DNA from: Utricularia gibba | Taxonomy: Eukaryota > Plantae > Magnoliophyta | Direction: 5' to 3' | Assembly (NCBI GenBank): GCA_002189035.1 | Contig: NEEC01000004.1 | Span: forward strand, 1,736,001-1,800,000 | Length of the DNA stretch: 64,000 nt | Shown: piece by piece, positions 58,594-64,000 of the stretch | How positions within the stretch are numbered: position 1 is the first letter of the stretch | How the letters are laid out: each line of letters starts with the position of its first letter | The notes under the pieces: model-generated | What the model was told of the DNA's origin: nothing | Seen by the model: the letters and a program-made list of their open reading frames with translations, nothing else | Database searches by the model: none | Translations under genes and position numbers: made by a program

Positions 58594-60957
58594 CTGAGAA
58601 ATTCGTAACAGGAAATCGAAAACGAAATCGAAATCTGCAAAGTGGAGAAGAATAAAGTTGCATACATATATATACACACACAAAAAGTCGGAGGGGGAGG
58701 GGTGGGGGTGCAAAATGTAAATAAACAATAACTGGTGGTACGGTACACAAAATGTACTTGAAAGGTACAGTTTTTTTATTTAATGAAATAATTTAATTTT
58801 CCCCGACTCCCGATGGCAACCATGAAAGAAACTTTTTTCATTTTTTGGATAGGGTTAGAATTCAATATAAAATGGAGCTGTTATTATAATAATTTAATTT
58901 TTGAATTATAATAACATTGGTGATAGATATGTTCTTTTGTGCTCCACACAATTCAAAGAATATTTATATAATTAAAATAATAAAATATAGCCTCACTTAC
59001 GTTGAAAATTATTATTATTATCTATTTATGTTTACATAAATATTCTCATTGGTGAAAATAATAATATTATTATTTTCAGCATACATTACGTAATTTGTAA
59101 TATGATCGACGATTCTCATACATACATGTTTGACATCTCAAAACTCCATAGTGAAAATAATATTATTACTTTTAGGGAATTAAAAAGATCCTCAAAATTA
59201 TTAAAACATTATTTTATGGGTTATTGAAAAGGTAATTAAGAACATATTAGAATTAGGTTTTATTTGATCCGTATTTCTAAGGAATGGTTCCAATAAAACA
59301 GAAGTTAAAGTTCTATTTTATAAGAAATATGTCATGATTCATACGTTTATTATAAGATATTATATGCTTCAAAGATTCAATACTTGTAATTTATATTCTT
59401 TTCTTCTTAAAAAAATATATCATACAAGATTAAGAAAATCTATTTATTTAAATATGCCTCATTCACCATCGAGGCTTCCAATCTTACATCATGAGAAGTT
59501 GGGGTTTTGCATATTTTTAAACTTCTAAATTTTCAAAAAATAATAAGTATTTTTTCATTTATGTTCTTCTTATAATATGATTCAATCGTGTTTGATAACA
59601 AAATTATTCATGAACGTTTTTTTATAGAAGCGTACGTTATTCCCAACAAATTGGAACAAAAACACAATTTCTCCTCACATATTACTTAGGAAGTAAGGAA
59701 AATTCATGGTGGCAAGTAGGAAGTCATTTTAGAAAGATGACGAACTGTTGGTTGGGTTCAACTAACACCCGAACTGAACTTGCTTCCCACTTGTCTGTCT
59801 TTGATTCGGGGCTCGGCTCGGCTCATTCACCAACTCCAATCCCATTTCGCTCATTCTCCTCACACAACACAACATCTTGTACCATCAAAACAAGAACTAA
59901 GCACAATGAACGACTACCAGGTAGCGATTCATATCACATTGGGATATTGCATGCTACACCCCCAACAAGTTTAGCATTTTTGTATGGTACACCCAAATTT
60001 AAAAAAAGTACAATTCATATAAAAAATCTCCATACTATTTAAATGTGTTTGATAATTAGATATAGAAGATTTGTATTTAAATTTACACATATAATATTGT
60101 TTGATTAACTAGAAAATATATACCAATCTTATATGATTATATCACTTATATATCTATTTTTTAACATATATGAATATTATATACAAATGGAGTAACTAAT
60201 TATATTTATACTATTCATAAATTAGACTTTTATTGTTGAATATAAAACTTTATACATATTCAACTACACGATATTTGAACATATTAATACCCTACTATCA
60301 AATGATGTCTTAGATAAATAAGGGAACTCACTCGTTGAGACCCCATCCATCCCCCATTGACTGTGTCGGAGCCATGTATTGCAGCAACGTCATCGTTTTG
60401 GATTTCCTCAAGGGAGACCAATCGAGTGGAAGTCATCCCAAATTGCAACCTACCTTTTGATAGGGCTGAATTTCAAGGTCAGATAACAATAATAATAATA
60501 CTAAAATAAATAAAAAAGCAGAGGAGGGCGAGCATTTTATGGAGCGTGACGCGACGCGTACGGAATACGGAGAATTTACGGGTTGATACGGAAAAAAGGA
60601 AAAGTTATGGTAGGCGTCGACCGGCCGGGGTGCGGGGTGGGGACTACCGCTGCACGTGCCGTACCGGCAATGACATGTTACGCACGCGGAGTGAAGTGAA
60701 GCAAGTAAGCTACTAGCTAGCAATAGCTAGGGCTCCAACCTCAACCTCCCCTCTGCTTCCCTTCCGCGAGGAAGAGTAAGTATTATCATTTCCAGACGCC
60801 GGAGGAGCTGCTCGCCGCCCCATTTCTTGTCGTAAGGAGGGGGAGTGATGCAAAAAGGCATTCCCTCCCCTGTGCTTTGGACTGTCTGTTTTGTTAATGG
60901 GGTCGTAATTGGATGCAAAAAGGGGGGTTGGGTTGGACCAGGGGCAAATGAATGATA

Positions 60958-60983
60958 ATGGAGGAGGAGGAGGAGGAGGAGGA
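60958..60983. repeat. (GGA)n microsatellite
   Basis: About 8 GGA units seen directly. Confidence 0.9.
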
Positions 60984-62580
60984 CCACTTCACAAAAATGA
61001 AGACGCTCGCCCGCCCGCCCGTCCGTCCGCACGCCTAATCAATCACGGTTTTGAAATTATGTCTCGAAAGGGAACCTGAAGCGTGCTGCTCATGTATCGG
61101 ATCCCTTGCGCCATGACCCATCCAAATCGCCACCAAATTATGACGATGACGATGTGCATGAGATATGGGATGTCGGGCCTCACCATCACTTCATTTCTTC
61201 CCCTTCACAAAACCCAATCCTTCCCAAATTAACCCTCATTAATTATTATGTAAACTTGATGCATGCAACAACCCCCATCTTTACAATATCACTCTTCTCA
61301 AAATTTTTACAAAAGTATAAATTCATTTATTGAACTTCTACACCAAAAATTGTCTACAACATTAAAATCTATTTTTACTTCTATTAACTTCTAATTTTCA
61401 AAAGTATATCTACAAAACTAAAAGTAAACCATAAATCATCTCCACCCCTAGTCTACAATTTCACCCCCACTCGGTATTCGGGTCCCTAAAGTCAAGTATC
61501 CAAATATAAAAATTAGTATGCATTTAATGTAGAGAAAAAAAATATCAAATACCCAATTTTGGTGGATTGACTGAGGCCCAACAATCTATTTTCAATCCAA
61601 GTGGTTTTTACTTTTAATTTAGTAATGCACATAACAGGGTATCCTAATCTATTCCCCAACAAAATAAAATAACAATCTTCCTTTTTAAATGCATCCGTTT
61701 ACTTTCAGGGTGATTTTTGAAAATACATATTCATATTTTTATATGCGTGAAAAAGAAACTCAGGGATGTTGAATTTTCAAATTCATTGCCAGCAACTATT
61801 CCGCGTGACATCCATTAAAGTGTCTAATTGTGGGAGAAAACGAAATTCAGACCGTACGGTCGGGACCATGAACCGAGTGACCCATCAAAATCACTACCTT
61901 GTCACACTTTTAAACATGAAAATGTTTAAATCATAAAAACTGTAAAAAAAAAAAGAAGACATTTATGATAATAAAAACATTGAAACCGAGGATGCTATTG
62001 GAATAAGAAAAAAGAAATTTCATCAATAAAATCTCAATCACTAACAATTGATCTCCACAATTTATTTTATAATCATCCTTTTTCATAATCATTTATAAAT
62101 ATGGTTATCGTTCCATTCTATCTCACACATACCAATAAATTTTTTTGATTGCATATTATCATTTTTCTCACACATTGAAAAGAGAATGACCATATTTCTA
62201 ATAAACCTCACTTTCCCAATGTTCATAATTTATTAAAAAATATTAATTCTGCTCGTGCATCAATATCAGGGATTATATTTAATGAAGAAAATATCATTAT
62301 CGGTTGTTAAATGAGGAGTGGCGACCCATCGGACGTGTGAACTGCAAGCCGCTTTCACCACGTAAATGTGAGGGAGACGAGGACGATCTAGTAAAATGCA
62401 CCTATTGCATCGGCCGGCCCATTCTTCTTATTGGGTGGGCTGTCCTTTGCGTTTGTGCATTTTGCAGGAATGGCCCTCTATTGTTAGAGCCCATTTAGAC
62501 CTAACTTGCGTTGCCCTGCAGCCATTTTCATTCTGTTTATTATCCATCGTTTAATGGGCCAATTTCACGACACACCATTT

Positions 62581-62770
62581 GGGTGCATTTGGTTGGTTGG
62601 ATATGTATTGTTTGGATTTAAATAATTTGGGTATAATTTATTTGGGTTTAGCTGGGTTGAACCCAAATGTTGTTTGGTTAATAAATTAAGGGTAACCCAT
62701 TCAATTTTTTTGGTTAGATATTAATATTTGGGTATTAGGGAATTTTGTATTCAAATTACCAAAACAACCT
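62581..62770. mobile_element. Possible Harbinger/Tourist MITE remnant
   Basis: Left end GGGTGCATTTGGTTGG resembles Tourist termini; the candidate right end is only a weak inverted match. Confidence 0.3.
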
Positions 62771-62823
62771 TATATTTTAATGAATTATTAAACCTCATTC
62801 TTCCTTTGATATCATTTAGACAT

Positions 62824-63944
62824 TGTTGCGTGTCGTTTACTCAAAAAATTTTAAATATTTATAAAACGTAAAATACAAAGAGCGTAATACGAGTATCGAT
62901 TTAGGGGAGTAGGTTTTTGGTGAAAAGTGTTTGTAAGAAACTTTTACAAAATGTCACGGTTTTGTAAAATGTAGTTTTTAAGATGTAGAAATAAAAATTA
63001 CAATCTAAGTAACGGGCCTTGACTACGGTACGCAGTTTCTAGGAATAAGATTCCATCTACTTCCTTTGTCCGTCCTTGTCTCAGTTTTCACTGATTTCTT
63101 CCGAATAGTTGGTTATAAGAGCAAAAAATAGCTTACTCTCCCTTACACTTTGATTGACAAAGAGTCACGAGAATAGACTTATGTGATTGCCCTTTGAACG
63201 ATTAGGAAGACAAGAGGATTGACTTCAATTGCCTTCAAAACCGAATTGTGCGCATGTGCCCAGCTGTTGCCAATGGTCAGTGGAAGGTCCGAGGTCACAA
63301 CCTATCCACTGTCGCGGTACCTAGTCCATAAACAATCTACTACTTTCCTTTAACCGGCATGGTTGGAGTTGGTGCTATTCACCTTGATCTTTAGGTAAAT
63401 CCTCAAAGAGTGGCATGCTACTCATGGACATTGACTACGAACCGTTACAAAAAGACTGCGACAATACGCTTAAAAGTATGCAGAATCCGAATTGAATTCA
63501 GCGAAGAACCGAGTGTATTACTCATGATTTGGAAGGAAATTTCATCTACTCCAGAAACTAAAGGGTTTTAGCCACAAAGGGTCATGAAAACAGAAATGAA
63601 ATTGTAAGCTAAGTGTTCTTCTTACTTGAAGGGAGGAAGAACTCAAAAATTCTAAGTTTAGAAAAGAAAATGACAAAAGTCTCAAACTAAGTGCTATAAG
63701 TTGCTTTTATATCACTCCCCACGTGCCTTAACTTCTTTGGCTTTTATTGTAACTTTCCTTTGCATGCAAGTTAGTGCACAATCATTGCTACAGACTCTGA
63801 CATGCCGTATGTCATGGCCTTGACCAATGTCAGTCTTCCGCCCACAATCGTTCCAAGTCGCGTACAAGACACGAAAAGTCAGAGTCTGACCACCTATAAT
63901 ACTCCTGTAACACTCCATGACAGTCTCCTGACATGTTTCGATCA
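62824..63944 (-). mobile_element. Probable Ty3/gypsy (Athila-like) solo LTR, about 1.1 kb
   Basis: Abrupt composition shift bounded by TG (62824) and CA (63944); minus strand reads TGATCG...CAACA. Internal motifs (GAGTATCGAT, CCTATCCACTGTCG, GGGTTTTAGCCAC) resemble Athila LTRs from memory. No PBS, PPT or matching TSD seen. Confidence 0.55.
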
Positions 63945-64000
63945 AAGTGTGAGAAAAAAGATATAAAATATACACAAAATGGGATAATAGGAATTTTCTA

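Noticed and set aside
60651-60660. TGCACGTGCC, complementary to the 3' end of miR164
   Set aside because: Only 10 nt and no precursor fold-back; better explained as a G-box.
60727-61032. 101-aa minus-strand ORF with a poly-Leu run, considered as a secreted peptide (CLE/RALF/DVL)
   Set aside because: The poly-Leu comes from the (GGA)n microsatellite; no peptide-family motif in any frame examined.
63712-63975. 87-aa ORF near the window end
   Set aside because: Lies mostly inside the LTR-like segment; no gag/pol or other recognisable motif.

Overview
Plant (eudicot) nuclear DNA, gene-dense: 18 protein-coding genes with short GT-AG introns, separated by AT-rich intergenic stretches with transposon remnants. 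In order: RABA5 GTPase (5'-truncated), At1g76070-like uncharacterised protein, divergent Pumilio/PUF, SCL13/PAT1-type GRAS, CASPL2B, IMPDH, ALIS/CDC50, AGCVIII kinase (AGC1.5/1.7-type), A1 aspartic protease, alpha/beta hydrolase, MYB-CC (PHR1-like), SBT5-type subtilase, plastid GAPDH (GAPCp), PB1-domain Raf-like kinase, FTSH12, PLS-E PPR, SCI1 and a SAUR. A probable Athila-like solo LTR lies at the right end. No rRNA, tRNA, CRISPR or prokaryotic features were seen. Exon boundaries were read by hand; family names and Arabidopsis IDs are from memory, with no database search. Most notable: six single-base deletions in homopolymers break three otherwise intact genes (four in the subtilase, one each in the aspartic protease and the essential FTSH12), most likely assembly errors. 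Also notable are a PUF protein with rewritten RNA-recognition residues, and a PPR gene 437 bp downstream of SCI1 with a presequence-like uORF ending 1 nt before its ATG. I found no convincing wholly new biological system; the findings are leads.
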